Shown piece by piece: positions 29,895 through 39,780 of a DNA stretch of 64,000 bases (position 1 is the stretch's first letter; every line of letters begins with the position of its first letter). Source of the stretch: Prasinococcaceae sp. CCMP 1430 (Eukaryota; Plantae; Prasinodermophyta); NCBI GenBank assembly GCA_013416795.1, contig RQSC01000011.1:112721-176720 (forward strand), given 5' to 3'. A model generated the notes under the pieces. That model was not told the DNA's origin and made no database searches. It saw nothing but the letters and a program-made list of their open reading frames with translations. The position numbers and the translations under genes are program-made.

Positions 29895-32800
29895 CTACTC
29901 CTCTAGGTGCTGCCTTGTGCCCAAGAGCTTGACGGTACCGTCAGCGCCGCAGCTGAGAAGGCCGAGGTGCGGCGCCTCGGCGAGCCCCACGGCCGCCTCC
30001 GCCCCGCCGCCGCCCACTGAGGCAAGCGCGCCGAGCACGCCTGACTTCCGCTCGTGCACGCCCGCCCACTCGCGCGAGAGCTCGCCCGTTGCGGCGTCCC
30101 ACAGGCGCACTGCGCCATCGCGGCCGCACGAGGCGATCAGCGCGCCGCTGCAGAGTGCGATCGCGCACCGCACGCCGCCTGCGTGCCCCTCCGCGTGCGA
30201 CCACAGCCGGCGCGTCTCCCAGCGACCGCCCCAGCCGAGCCCTGGTGGCATGCGCAGGTCGATGGCAGAGAGCGCGCCGCCGCGACCGCCGATGACCACG
30301 ATGCTGCCGCCCGCCACCCCGGCACACAGGCAGCGCGCGCCAGCGCCGTCGGAGTTCACACGCGCGCTGGCAACCACCGACGCGCGGGGTGGCAACAGCG
30401 AGTCCCACACGACCACGTCCTCGTGCGCGGCAGCGCCCACACCTGCGGCGGCGACCACCGAGGAGCGCGCCGACACACCCGACGAACCCTGCAGCCAAGT
30501 CACGCCGCACGCGCGGTGCTGGAAGCAGCGGCGGAAGTCGCGCGCGCCGTGCAGGCCGCGGCCTCCGCAATCGAGCCGCCAGAGCGATAGCACACCGCCG
30601 TTGTCGCCCGCCGCGAAGTGCGTGCCATTGTCATCGAACGCCACGTCGCAGACAGAGAAGCTGGAACCGCCCTCGCCGTACGCCGCCAGGGGTGCCTCAG
30701 TGCCGAAGCCCCACAGTAGCGCCTGCCCCGCCGAGGTGCCCGTGACGAAGAGGGGCTGCGTCGGATGCGACGCCGCGCACGTCACCGGCGCGTCCTCCCG
30801 CCGCACGTCTGCAAGCGCCGAGCGCAAAGGCGAGTCCAAGACGTCGTCCGCGTGCATCAGAGTGGGCGTGCGAGTGGCAATGGGCTCAAGTCCGAGGCTC
30901 CAAGGGCTCGTCGCGCCCGCAGCGGCGACCATGGGGAATGCAGGAGGCGACGTCATCGGATTGGCGCCCGGCGAAGACGTTGTCATCGGACTGCCACTCG
31001 AGCCGGCCGCAGCGTGCGCTTGGCGCGCCGGGATGCCACTCGCCTGCTCGGACCCGGCGGTGTAGCCTCTGCTCGCGCTCGCAGCAGCTTCTGCGGAGAG
31101 AGGCACGCCGCCGGGCGCGTCGCTGCCCTGGATTACGACAGCAGGCATCATCCAGCGCGAGGCATAGGGCGGAAACGCGGACGCGCTCGCGAGCAGGAGC
31201 GGCGACTCGGCATGGTGAGCAGTAGCCGGCGGTGTGCCCAGAACGGATTCCCGCACGATCCCCTCGACAACACCGCGTCGGTGCGTGACAACGGCGAAAT
31301 GACACGACGACGGCTCATCCGAGGGTCCGTTGCGGACCGACACGCCCAGCAAGTGCTCGCCCGGCACGCGAAAGACCTCGACCGGGTCGCTAAAGTGCGA
31401 AAACGAGAGTGCCCCACCGAGCGCATCCGCGGTGGCGCCGACAGCGTGCTCGTCGGCCGCATCTCGTTGCTCGCCCTGTCGCTGGCCCCCATCGCCCTCC
31501 GCCCCGCCAAAGCGGCCAGGAGCCTCCACTCGTACGGCGGCGCGCTTCGAGTGCAGGGACGCCAAGTGCTCACGCTGAGCCTCACCTCGCGCACATACGA
31601 CAGAATCGCCAAAATGGCGGGCCAGAGCACGCAGCGCGTCATCAACGCACCCCCCATCGTCCGGATTGCCCACACCCTCGTCGTGCCCCGCGCCGCCGGT
31701 GGCTGACCAGCACGCACACAGCTTGCTGAGCCTGCCCATGACGGCAGCTCGAGAAGACTCGCGTACGCCACCGCCGGCGCTGTCACTGCTGCCGCTCACC
31801 GCGTGCAATCGCCTCAGGGCTGCCAGCGGTAGCCCAAGACCCTCAAGCGTGTGCGCGGCGCCCGCGGCGAGAGCTTCGAGCCCTTTATTGGAAATGAGGC
31901 TACCGCGATTTGAATGTCCCAATCGTCGCGCCATGGCGTCCACCATATCGAACGCCCGCGCGTCCATGCGCCCGCGCGAGGCGAGCGCTGCCGCTGCTGC
32001 GTTCGAGTCACCCGCGCACGCGTGGAGGACGCACAAGTTCCACGCGCAGCTCTGCCGATGCTGCTCGGCGGAGACGCCTCCAGCCTGCTGCGACTCATCC
32101 GCCTCGGCCGCACGCCGCTCGGCGCTCTCGATCTCGGCGCGCATGAGTCCCTTCGACACGTCGCCGTCCGCGCCCTCGACGATCGCCGCGATCATAGCCG
32201 CGAGCTGCCCGTCGGGTTCCTTCTGCTTGAGCACAGACACAGCCTCCTTGAGATTGCATGCGAGCAGGAAAAACGCGGCCGCCAGGCGAAATCTGTGCTG
32301 GCCCAGCAGCGCGTACGCGTTCTTGGCTGCTGCCACGCGGTTCTTCTCCTCGTCAAAGTCGCGACTGAGGAATCCTACCAGCTTGGTGTCGCTGCAGCTG
32401 CGGTAGAGGCCAAGAAGGACATTTCGCCGGCCGAGCGCCAAGTACCAGAGCGCGACGTCCTCCGCTTTGCGCGTGGCCGAAAATTCCGCGCGCGCGATGC
32501 GCTCGGCGACAGCGCGCGCAACGAGCGCGCCGCGTCCGCCGCGGGCGAGCCACCAGCCGGCGCCAAGTGCGGCCGCGCGCGACCATAGCAATGGCGCACC
32601 CTGCGTCATGCACGCGTCAAGCAGTGCCTCAGGCGTATCTGAGAAGCACGCCCACGCCATGGACGTCCACGAGAACACCATGTGGCGCCCACTGTCTGCG
32701 CCCGGCGCACCGCCCGCTGCGCCAAACGCTCCCACTCCCGACGATGAGTCGCTCGCACCACCGTTGCGCGTCTTGGCGGCGCTGCCGGTCACAGTCGTGC

Positions 32801-35800
32801 CCCCTAGCCATGCGCGGTCAGCGTAGTAGTCCAACGCGCCGCGCTGCGCAGCGGTGCCTTCTTCAGCGGCCAGCTCATCAATCAGGTGCAACAGCTCCAC
32901 GCGCTCCGAGGGAGACACGCGCGGCAGCTGCGCGGTGGTGCTCACCAGCTCAGCGAGCTCCTCCGCCTCAAGCGCGCCAAATCGCCCGCTCGCCGACGCC
33001 GGGGCAGGCGAGGATCCCAAGGCAATATCGCTGGAGAATGATGATACACCCATTGAGAATGGCGACGGCTTCGATGGTTCACCGCTCATACTTGCTGAGG
33101 TTTGTGTCGCGCCTAGTCCGCCGCCACCGAACCCAAACATGGAAGGGTCAAGCATGCCTGATGCCATGGGGTCGACCACCGCGGCGGAGGCGCTGCCGTT
33201 GCTCGAGGACGGCCAACCGTGGCCGCTGCTGCCTCCTACAGCACCGCCTATGGCACTCTGTTCAGATGCGTCAAGCAGTTGGGCGAGCGGCATGGGCTCG
33301 AATGGGCGCTCTCGCTCCCCGCCGTCGCGGAGCCACTGCGCCAGACGCCGAAGCACGGCGCGCGCTGTGGCCTTGTCGCCGACAGCCAACCGCTCCCCCA
33401 CAGCCCTAGGGTGGTAGATGGGCACCGGCCCCGCGCAGGGCCACACGCCCGAGGCGACTGTGGTCGAGCTGAGAGCAGCGACAGCGGGACCGCCGCAGAT
33501 GACCGCCAGGACACCGCATCGGAGCGCGGGAGCAGGCACAGCAGCGACGACAGCCCGCCCGCTCGTAGATGCCCCGCACTCGGCTCGTCCCAGCGCCGCC
33601 CACGCCATTGGTGAGCCTGCGCGCGTGTCCGGCGCTAGCGTGGTCACACCTCCGCCTGTCGCGGCCAGCAACACGCGCTGGCCGCCAACCTCTGCAAAAC
33701 TCATGTTCCACACGCGCGTGCCCACGCGTGCCTCGCCGATACGGGTAGCGGCGCCACGCGAGTGTCGCTCGTCGCCGCCACCGCTCAAAGAGCACTTGTC
33801 CCAAAGCGTAATCTTGTCACAGTCGCCGCTCACAGTAGCCAGCGTGCCGCAAGCGCAATCGATAGCGAGCGCACGGATGGGATCCTCAGCGCGCGTGGCG
33901 CACGGGGACGAGGAAAGCGGCAAAAATTGCAAGCGAGGGCCGCCCCCAGGGCCCTTGCCGAGCGCCCACGTACGGACGTTGCCCGCGCGAGTGCCAACGC
34001 ACACGATGGCAGCGACGTCTCCGGCCTCGTCGAAGCACGATACGCTCAAGCAAGTCCCGGAGTCGCTCTCGACAGTCGCAGTGATCGGAGGCATGAGAGC
34101 ACACGAGCTGCCTGCGAGGACAACGCGACTCGCGATCAGCGATTCACCGCCCTTGCCGAGCATCACAATCCACCGGGTGCGCTGGCCGTTCGCATCTGCC
34201 ACGTCCGCGCTCGTCGCAGCGACCAACGGGACGTGCTCAGCCAAATCGAATGATTTGACCACGCCTCGTCCAGCGACAAGCACGTCAAGGCCCCCTTCGC
34301 GCACGCACGCTACCGCTTGCGTGCCCACAGCGGCCTGCAGGAGCAGAGCGTGCGTGCAGCCCGCCGGCGTCCTGAGCGCTGACCCAGCGGACGCGGGATG
34401 TGGAACCAATGCATCTTGAGCGAGGGCCCACAGGCGCAGCCCACCTCCCTCATCGATGGTCACAGCGGTGACGCTTCCAGTTGTGCTACCACCACCACCA
34501 GGATCGGCATACATCACGTCTGTCGATATGACCTCGCGGCCGTGCCCGCAGAGCACGGCCGAGCTGCTGGCTCGGCCTTCCATCTCTGCCGCGGAGCTAC
34601 CGCCACTGCCATCGTCGCGAAGCATGCAGACCGAAAGCGTTTCCCTCTCTGCGTCGAAGCGAGAGATGGTCAGGTCGCCTGGCACACCCGCGACGTGCCA
34701 CGCGCGGGCGTCTGCGAGTGGGTCGAGAGCATCCCGTACCACGCATGCGCTCACCAGGGCAGGTGCCCTCCACGCACCGGCGCCACCGCCTTCAGCAGCG
34801 CTCCCGCACCACGCTACCGCCCACACATGCACGTCACCAGCTGCGCTGATGCCGGCGATGGCGGCCGATCGTTCACCGCCCGTCCCACAGCGCGCGGCCT
34901 CCAGCAGCCACTCGACGGCCACCAGGCGGTCACACACGCCCCCCCTGCGCAGCGCGGGCGTCGTCGAGGCCAGGCACATGGGCTGGGCGGAGGTATCGAC
35001 GTCCGGACCTGCTGCACGCGCATCCGACCATTGCACGTCCGGCGCCGCCACCCACAAGCGGGCGGTGCCCCTACCATCGAGCGTCAGCAGCGCCTCGTCA
35101 AAACCGCCCCCACCCCACCGCACCTGCACCACGCGCCCGCGATGTGGCAAGCGCCGCTGCTGCCTGGCCGTGTCGTCGCTGCCTTCCCTGCGGCCGCCCA
35201 GCCGGGAAACGTGCACGGCCGCACCACGCGCAGCGGCCACGGCCCCGCTCGCGGCAGCGTCGAGGGCGACGCATTCGTAGTCCATCGCAGGCTCGTGGGG
35301 GAGCGAATCCCGCCAGCGCTCTTCCCATCTGCCTGCGCTGCCGTGTCGTTCCCATCGCGTCACCTCACCTTGCTCATCGCACGCGGCGAGAGCGTCGCCG
35401 CCGGGTGCCACGCTGAGCTGCGAGATGGGCGCGCGCGTGGCCACGCTGGCGTCGCAAGCATCGCAGGCGACGTCCACCCCGCCGCCGATGCTTTGGCCGT
35501 CGGACGAGCACTCGTAGCCGAGCACGAGCACCGAGCTCCCGTACGAGACCGCCAGCGTGCCGTCCCTCGCGGCGATTGCGCCGGCGGCGACTGCACCTGC
35601 ACCCCCGCCATCGCCACCGCCGCGCAGCGCCCGCGCAACTGCGACGGACACTGCGGGCACACCCTCAGCCGCGCCCCCGCGCGCGCAGCCGACTGCGCCC
35701 ACTGGGGGCTCGGCCGCCGCGGAGACGCCGCCCGACCCTTCCTCTCCCTCCGCCTCCCCCCCTTCCCCCCCCCCCCTTGGGCCACCAACACCAACACCCA

Positions 35801-35813
35801 CACCCGCGTCCAC
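29895..35813 (-). CDS. DMXL: DmX-like / Rav1 (RAVE, rabconnectin-3 alpha) WD40 protein
   Basis: 1,972 aa; N- and C-terminal WD40 repeats; Rav1p_C signature VALWYLALGRRNVLLGLYR...FLSRDFDEEKNRVAAAKNAYALLGQHRFRLAAAFFLL. Confidence 0.92.
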   Translation of the reverse strand: MDAGVGVGVGGPRGGGEGGEAEGEEGSGGVSAAAEPPVGAVGCARGGAAEGVPAVSVAVARALRGGGDGGGAGAVAAGAIAARDGTLAVSYGSSVLVLGYECSSDGQSIGGGVDVACDACDASVATRAPISQLSVAPGGDALAACDEQGEVTRWERHGSAGRWEERWRDSLPHEPAMDYECVALDAAASGAVAAARGAAVHVSRLGGRREGSDDTARQQRRLPHRGRVVQVRWGGGGFDEALLTLDGRGTARLWVAAPDVQWSDARAAGPDVDTSAQPMCLASTTPALRRGGVCDRLVAVEWLLEAARCGTGGERSAAIAGISAAGDVHVWAVAWCGSAAEGGGAGAWRAPALVSACVVRDALDPLADARAWHVAGVPGDLTISRFDAERETLSVCMLRDDGSGGSSAAEMEGRASSSAVLCGHGREVISTDVMYADPGGGGSTTGSVTAVTIDEGGGLRLWALAQDALVPHPASAGSALRTPAGCTHALLLQAAVGTQAVACVREGGLDVLVAGRGVVKSFDLAEHVPLVAATSADVADANGQRTRWIVMLGKGGESLIASRVVLAGSSCALMPPITATVESDSGTCLSVSCFDEAGDVAAIVCVGTRAGNVRTWALGKGPGGGPRLQFLPLSSSPCATRAEDPIRALAIDCACGTLATVSGDCDKITLWDKCSLSGGGDERHSRGAATRIGEARVGTRVWNMSFAEVGGQRVLLAATGGGVTTLAPDTRAGSPMAWAALGRAECGASTSGRAVVAAVPAPALRCGVLAVICGGPAVAALSSTTVASGVWPCAGPVPIYHPRAVGERLAVGDKATARAVLRRLAQWLRDGGERERPFEPMPLAQLLDASEQSAIGGAVGGSSGHGWPSSSNGSASAAVVDPMASGMLDPSMFGFGGGGLGATQTSASMSGEPSKPSPFSMGVSSFSSDIALGSSPAPASASGRFGALEAEELAELVSTTAQLPRVSPSERVELLHLIDELAAEEGTAAQRGALDYYADRAWLGGTTVTGSAAKTRNGGASDSSSGVGAFGAAGGAPGADSGRHMVFSWTSMAWACFSDTPEALLDACMTQGAPLLWSRAAALGAGWWLARGGRGALVARAVAERIARAEFSATRKAEDVALWYLALGRRNVLLGLYRSCSDTKLVGFLSRDFDEEKNRVAAAKNAYALLGQHRFRLAAAFFLLACNLKEAVSVLKQKEPDGQLAAMIAAIVEGADGDVSKGLMRAEIESAERRAAEADESQQAGGVSAEQHRQSCAWNLCVLHACAGDSNAAAAALASRGRMDARAFDMVDAMARRLGHSNRGSLISNKGLEALAAGAAHTLEGLGLPLAALRRLHAVSGSSDSAGGGVRESSRAAVMGRLSKLCACWSATGGAGHDEGVGNPDDGGCVDDALRALARHFGDSVVCARGEAQREHLASLHSKRAAVRVEAPGRFGGAEGDGGQRQGEQRDAADEHAVGATADALGGALSFSHFSDPVEVFRVPGEHLLGVSVRNGPSDEPSSCHFAVVTHRRGVVEGIVRESVLGTPPATAHHAESPLLLASASAFPPYASRWMMPAVVIQGSDAPGGVPLSAEAAASASRGYTAGSEQASGIPARQAHAAAGSSGSPMTTSSPGANPMTSPPAFPMVAAAGATSPWSLGLEPIATRTPTLMHADDVLDSPLRSALADVRREDAPVTCAASHPTQPLFVTGTSAGQALLWGFGTEAPLAAYGEGGSSFSVCDVAFDDNGTHFAAGDNGGVLSLWRLDCGGRGLHGARDFRRCFQHRACGVTWLQGSSGVSARSSVVAAAGVGAAAHEDVVVWDSLLPPRASVVASARVNSDGAGARCLCAGVAGGSIVVIGGRGGALSAIDLRMPPGLGWGGRWETRRLWSHAEGHAGGVRCAIALCSGALIASCGRDGAVRLWDAATGELSREWAGVHERKSGVLGALASVGGGGAEAAVGLAEAPHLGLLSCGADGTVKLLGTRQHLEE

Positions 35814-36119
35814 CTCGCCACCAGCCAGCGCGCCCGCACTTTTTCCTCAAAACTTTTGCGAAGAAAATGGTTTCAAAATCAAAATCGGCGCCTCCTGTTG
35901 CTGCGCTGTTGTTGGATTCGTGGCTCGGTGCGGCCCGCCTAAAATTCCCCCCGCGAGTGCGCGCGTCGGCCCTCCCGTGGGATTAAATCGTTGGGTCACC
36001 CACCGTTGCCGAATCCGCGGCGGCGAGGTCTTCGGGATGGGCCACAAGCGCGCGAGGGCGCAGTGGCGGCGGAGGGGGGCGGCCGCCGCGTCGGGTCGGT
36101 CTCTGCGACGGTGGTGGCG

Positions 36120-36896
36120 ATGGTGGCGATCGGCGCATCGCTCATGGTGGCAGGGCGCGCGCGTGGCGTACGAAGGCAGGGGTGCGGCGCGCGCGCCCGC
36201 CGCCGTACGGCCCGCGCCGACGCCGATGAATACGCGGCGTGCCGGTTGGCGCGGCCGCTCGGGCTCGCGCTGCGCGGCGGACCTGGAGACGTGGGCATGT
36301 TCGTGGAGGACCTGGTGGCCGGCGGCAACGCAGAGCAAGGGGGAGTCATCAAAAAGTTCGATCTCATCTCGCGCGTTGGCAGCGTGGCATGCGCAGGGGA
36401 GTCGTTCGCAGACATAGCGCGATTGCTCGCCGGCGAGGAGGGAACGGATGTCGAGATAGAGCTGTGCCGGCGTGGGCCGCGTGGGCTCACCAACCACGCC
36501 GGGCGCGTGTACCTCGCCGCCAACGCGCAGCGCGAAGGCGTGACCGTAACGGCGTCGGGCCTGCAGTACCGCTGGGTCGAGCGTGGCGACGACGACGGCG
36601 CGCGCGTCGCTGACAGCGGTGGCGCGGACGCACTTTGCCGCGTGCATTATCACGGCACGCTCGTGAGCGGCGTCTGCTTCGACAGCAGCTACGACCGTGG
36701 CGCGCCCATCGATTTCAAGCCGACGCAGGTCATCAAGGGCTGGGGTGAGGCGCTGCTGCTCATGCGCGAGGGCGATATCATGGAGTGCGCCTTGCCGTGC
36801 GAGCTCGCTTACGGCAGCGGCGGCGCCGGAGACCTCATCGACGGCGGCGAGGCGCTCATCTTCAAGATCGAGCTCGTCCGTGTGATCCCTCCATGA
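36120..36896 (+). CDS. PDZ-domain + FKBP-type peptidyl-prolyl isomerase, putative organelle transit peptide
   Basis: PDZ-like RPLGLAL...FVEDLVAGGNAEQGG...DLISRVG; FkpA/Mip-type lead-in YLAANAQREGVTVTASGLQY; FKBP core VHYHGTL..FDSSYDRG..VIKGW..LAYG. Confidence 0.85.
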   Translation: MVAIGASLMVAGRARGVRRQGCGARARRRTARADADEYAACRLARPLGLALRGGPGDVGMFVEDLVAGGNAEQGGVIKKFDLISRVGSVACAGESFADIARLLAGEEGTDVEIELCRRGPRGLTNHAGRVYLAANAQREGVTVTASGLQYRWVERGDDDGARVADSGGADALCRVHYHGTLVSGVCFDSSYDRGAPIDFKPTQVIKGWGEALLLMREGDIMECALPCELAYGSGGAGDLIDGGEALIFKIELVRVIPP

Positions 36897-36990
36897 GCAC
36901 GCCGAGCTCAATACTGTATGTACAGACTTAGTGTATTACATCTCGCTGATTCATGGTACAGAGACACGGCCTGAGGCCGGCCTGTGGCGT

Positions 36991-37575
36991 TCATGCGGCG
37001 GCGCTGAAGGCCACGCTGACGACGAGTGAGCATGTCGAGCACTGCACGAGGGCGGTCCCGGCGCAGAAGGCGCTGGCGCCTGCGCTGGCGCCAGTCTCGC
37101 CCCCGCTATCGCTCTCCATGAGCGCCTCGAGCTCGCCTTCGGTGATGGCGTAGCGTCCCCCGCAGCGGCACGAGCGCGAGAACTCGTACTCGCCGTCAGC
37201 GAGCTGCCGTTGCTCCATCGCATCGAGGTCGATGTGTTCGGTCACTGCCACGCGCCGCGCGCGCGCCGCAGCGGCGAGCGCGGCATCGTACTCGCGCCTG
37301 CGTGCGTCATCCGAGAGCACCTCGTACGCCTGCCTCACAGCATCGAACGCGTCTGTGTCTACCCCTGTCTCCTCCCTGTCCCCACTGTTGTCCCCGCTCG
37401 CTCGCCCTCCGCCGCCGACGCTCCCCGCCCCTGCCTCCGCGGCTTCCCCCCCATGCGGCTGCCGCTGCTGCGCCCGGCGCGCGTCCGGGTGCGTCTCCCT
37501 CGCGCGCGCCCGGAACGCGGGGCCGAGTTTCGTGAGGGGTTTACGCGAAATGATCGAATAATGAACACAATGTGA
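36991..37575 (-). CDS. DPH4: Diphthamide biosynthesis protein 4 (J-domain + CSL zinc finger); 5' end lost at single N 37576
   Basis: HPD motif, FDAVRQAYEVLSD..RREYD, CSL finger CRCGGRY...CSTCS. Confidence 0.85.
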   Translation of the reverse strand, partial: SHCVHYSIISRKPLTKLGPAFRARARETHPDARRAQQRQPHGGEAAEAGAGSVGGGGRASGDNSGDREETGVDTDAFDAVRQAYEVLSDDARRREYDAALAAAARARRVAVTEHIDLDAMEQRQLADGEYEFSRSCRCGGRYAITEGELEALMESDSGGETGASAGASAFCAGTALVQCSTCSLVVSVAFSAAA

Positions 37576-37576
37576 N

Positions 37577-38613
37577 CCGCCTGGGTCTTCGTCGGGAACA
37601 GGCGCGCGCGGCGGATGCGGTGGGGCTGCCGGCGAGGTGGAGGTCGGCGCGGGCGTGCGCGACGCCGGCGGCGACCCGTCGGCGCGTGCCGAGGCCGTGG
37701 AGCAGCGTGTGCCCGGTGCGGAGACGGTGTACGTGCGCACGTTTGGCTGCGCACACAATGTCTCCGACGGCGAGACGATGGCTGGCACGCTCGCCGCCGC
37801 GGGCTACCGCGTGGTAGGCGATGAGGAGCGCGGGGAGGCGCACGCGTGGGTCGTCAACAGCTGCACCGTCAAGGGGCCCTCGCAGGCGGCGATGGCCAAC
37901 GCAATCAAAAGCGCGCGCGACGCGGGCAAGGCGGTCGTTGTCGCCGGTTGCGTGCCGCAAGGTGACCCCAAGTCGAAGGAGCTCGACGGTCTCAGTCTCC
38001 TTGGCGTCACGCAGATCGGGCGCGTCGCGGAGGTCGTCGGCGAGACGCTCAAGGGCAACTCGGTGCGCCTGCTAAAGAAGGGCCCGCTGCCCAGCCTGGA
38101 CCTGCCAAAGATCCGCAGGAACGCGCACGTGGAGATTGTTCCCGTCAACGCGGGCTGCCTCGGCTCGTGCACCTACTGCAAGACCAAACACGCCCGCGGC
38201 GACCTCAAGAGCTACCCCGTGGCAGAGATCGTGGCACGCGTCAAGGCCGCCGCAGCGGAGGGAGTGAGTGAGGTGTGGCTTTCCAGCGAGGACACCGGTG
38301 CGTACGGCATCGACATTGGCACTGACGTCGGCGAGCTGCTCCGCGCGGTCTGCGACGCTCTTCCGCCGGGCGGAGGCACCATGCTGCGACTGGGCATGAC
38401 CAACCCCCCGTACATCCTGGAGCACCTCGACGCAATCGCCGAGGCCATGCTGCATCCGTGCGTCTTCGAGTTCTTGCACCTGCCCGTGCAGAGCGGCTCG
38501 AACGCAGTACTCGAGCGCATGAACAGAGAGTACACCGCCGAGGAGTTCGAGCGCTGCGCAGACGCGCTGCTGGCCAGGGTTCCCAATCTGCACCTCGCCA
38601 CGGATGTCATCGC

Positions 38614-38644
<31 letters not shown>

Positions 38645-39604
38645 GAGGCGACGGTGCGGCTCGTCGAGAAGTACAGGTGAGCGCGCCCTCTAGTGCGCGC
38701 GTGCGGGCGAGTTCGCTCTGTCGCACGCTGCCAGCGTCGCTCGCGATGTTGCGTGTTGTGACGCTCGGGCCAGCGCTGACGGCGGGGCGCGTGCCTCCTC
38801 TTCAGGTTCGCGGAGCTGCACATATCGCAGTTCTACCCACGGCCGGGCACCCCGGCCGCGCGCATGCGACCCAGGGTCGACGCGAAGGTCGCCAAAGCGC
38901 GCACGCGGAGGCTCACCAGGCTCTTCGAGTCCTTCAGGCCATACGACAGGGTGCGTGCCGCGCAGCCGGCGCATCGCTGTGCGAGCGCGGCGAGGCTGGC
39001 ACGACAGCGCTGGGCCTGCGCGGCGCCGCTGACAATAGCCTCTACGCGCACGCGCGCCGCGGTCCTCGTGCAGTATGTGGGCACCACGCAGCGCGTGTGG
39101 GTTTCGGACGTTGCCGCGGACGGCGTGAGCCTCGTGGGTCACACCAAGGATTACGTGCAGGTGCTGCTCCGGCCGCGTGATGGCCTCATGGGCAGCAGCG
39201 TATTCGCGAGCATCAAGTCAGCGGGGCGTTGGTCGGTGAAGGGCGACGTGGTCGAGGCGGTGCTGCCGGCGAAGCTCGATGGCGCGGGGTACTATGAGGC
39301 AGCCCACAGACCGGAGGTGGACGTGGATGCGCTGAACCGGCAGTCGGAGCAGAGGCCTGCTCGACGCGGGAAGGAGGCTGCCGAGGCGCAGCGGGTGGCG
39401 GCCCCCGCGTCAGGTGCGGAGGCTCGAGACAGCCCGGGCTGGCGGCGGTCACAACTTCCTCACACGCTGTACGCAGCGTGGGCGGCTATGGATGCGACGG
39501 ATGCTGCCCTGTTGGCAGCGCTCGGCGCGTCGTTGGTAGGCGCTGTGGCGGCGGGGGTGGTGCTGGCTGGGCGCGCGCGAGCTGGCGCGGTGCGCGGCCA
39601 CTGA
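37577..39604 (+). CDS. CDKAL1: tRNA t6A methylthiotransferase (CDKAL1/e-MtaB); join(<37577..38676, 38806..38950, 39074..39604)
   Basis: [25 protein letters not shown], radical-SAM [28 protein letters not shown] domain [11 protein letters not shown] and C-terminal TM helix; two GT-AG introns restore the frame. Confidence 0.93.
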
Positions 39605-39616
39605 GGTGTACAAAAG

Positions 39617-39621
39617 TGTAA
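39617..39621 (+). terminator. TGTAA chlorophyte-type polyadenylation signal (others: 50532..50536 +, 47416..47420 +, TTACA 7156..7160, 19592..19596, 36936..36940 for minus-strand genes)
   Basis: Each lies shortly downstream of a stop codon in the correct orientation; UGUAA is the established chlorophyte near-upstream element. Confidence 0.55.
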
Positions 39622-39780
39622 AATCGCAACCCATTCTTCTACTCTTGCCGGTGCACAGGCAGACTAGGCCGTGTGCTGGCGCCGCGGTCGCTCCACGTTC
39701 GCAGCAGCCTTTTCCGTTTTGCTCTGTCTCTCTCACTCTCCCTGCAGCAGCTCCGCTGCTGCGAGTGGCGCCCGCCGAAT

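Noticed and set aside
35975-35982. CCCGTGGG 8-mer alone as an enriched motif
   Set aside because: At about 70% GC roughly a dozen copies are expected by chance in this window; only the extended 25-mer match is reported.
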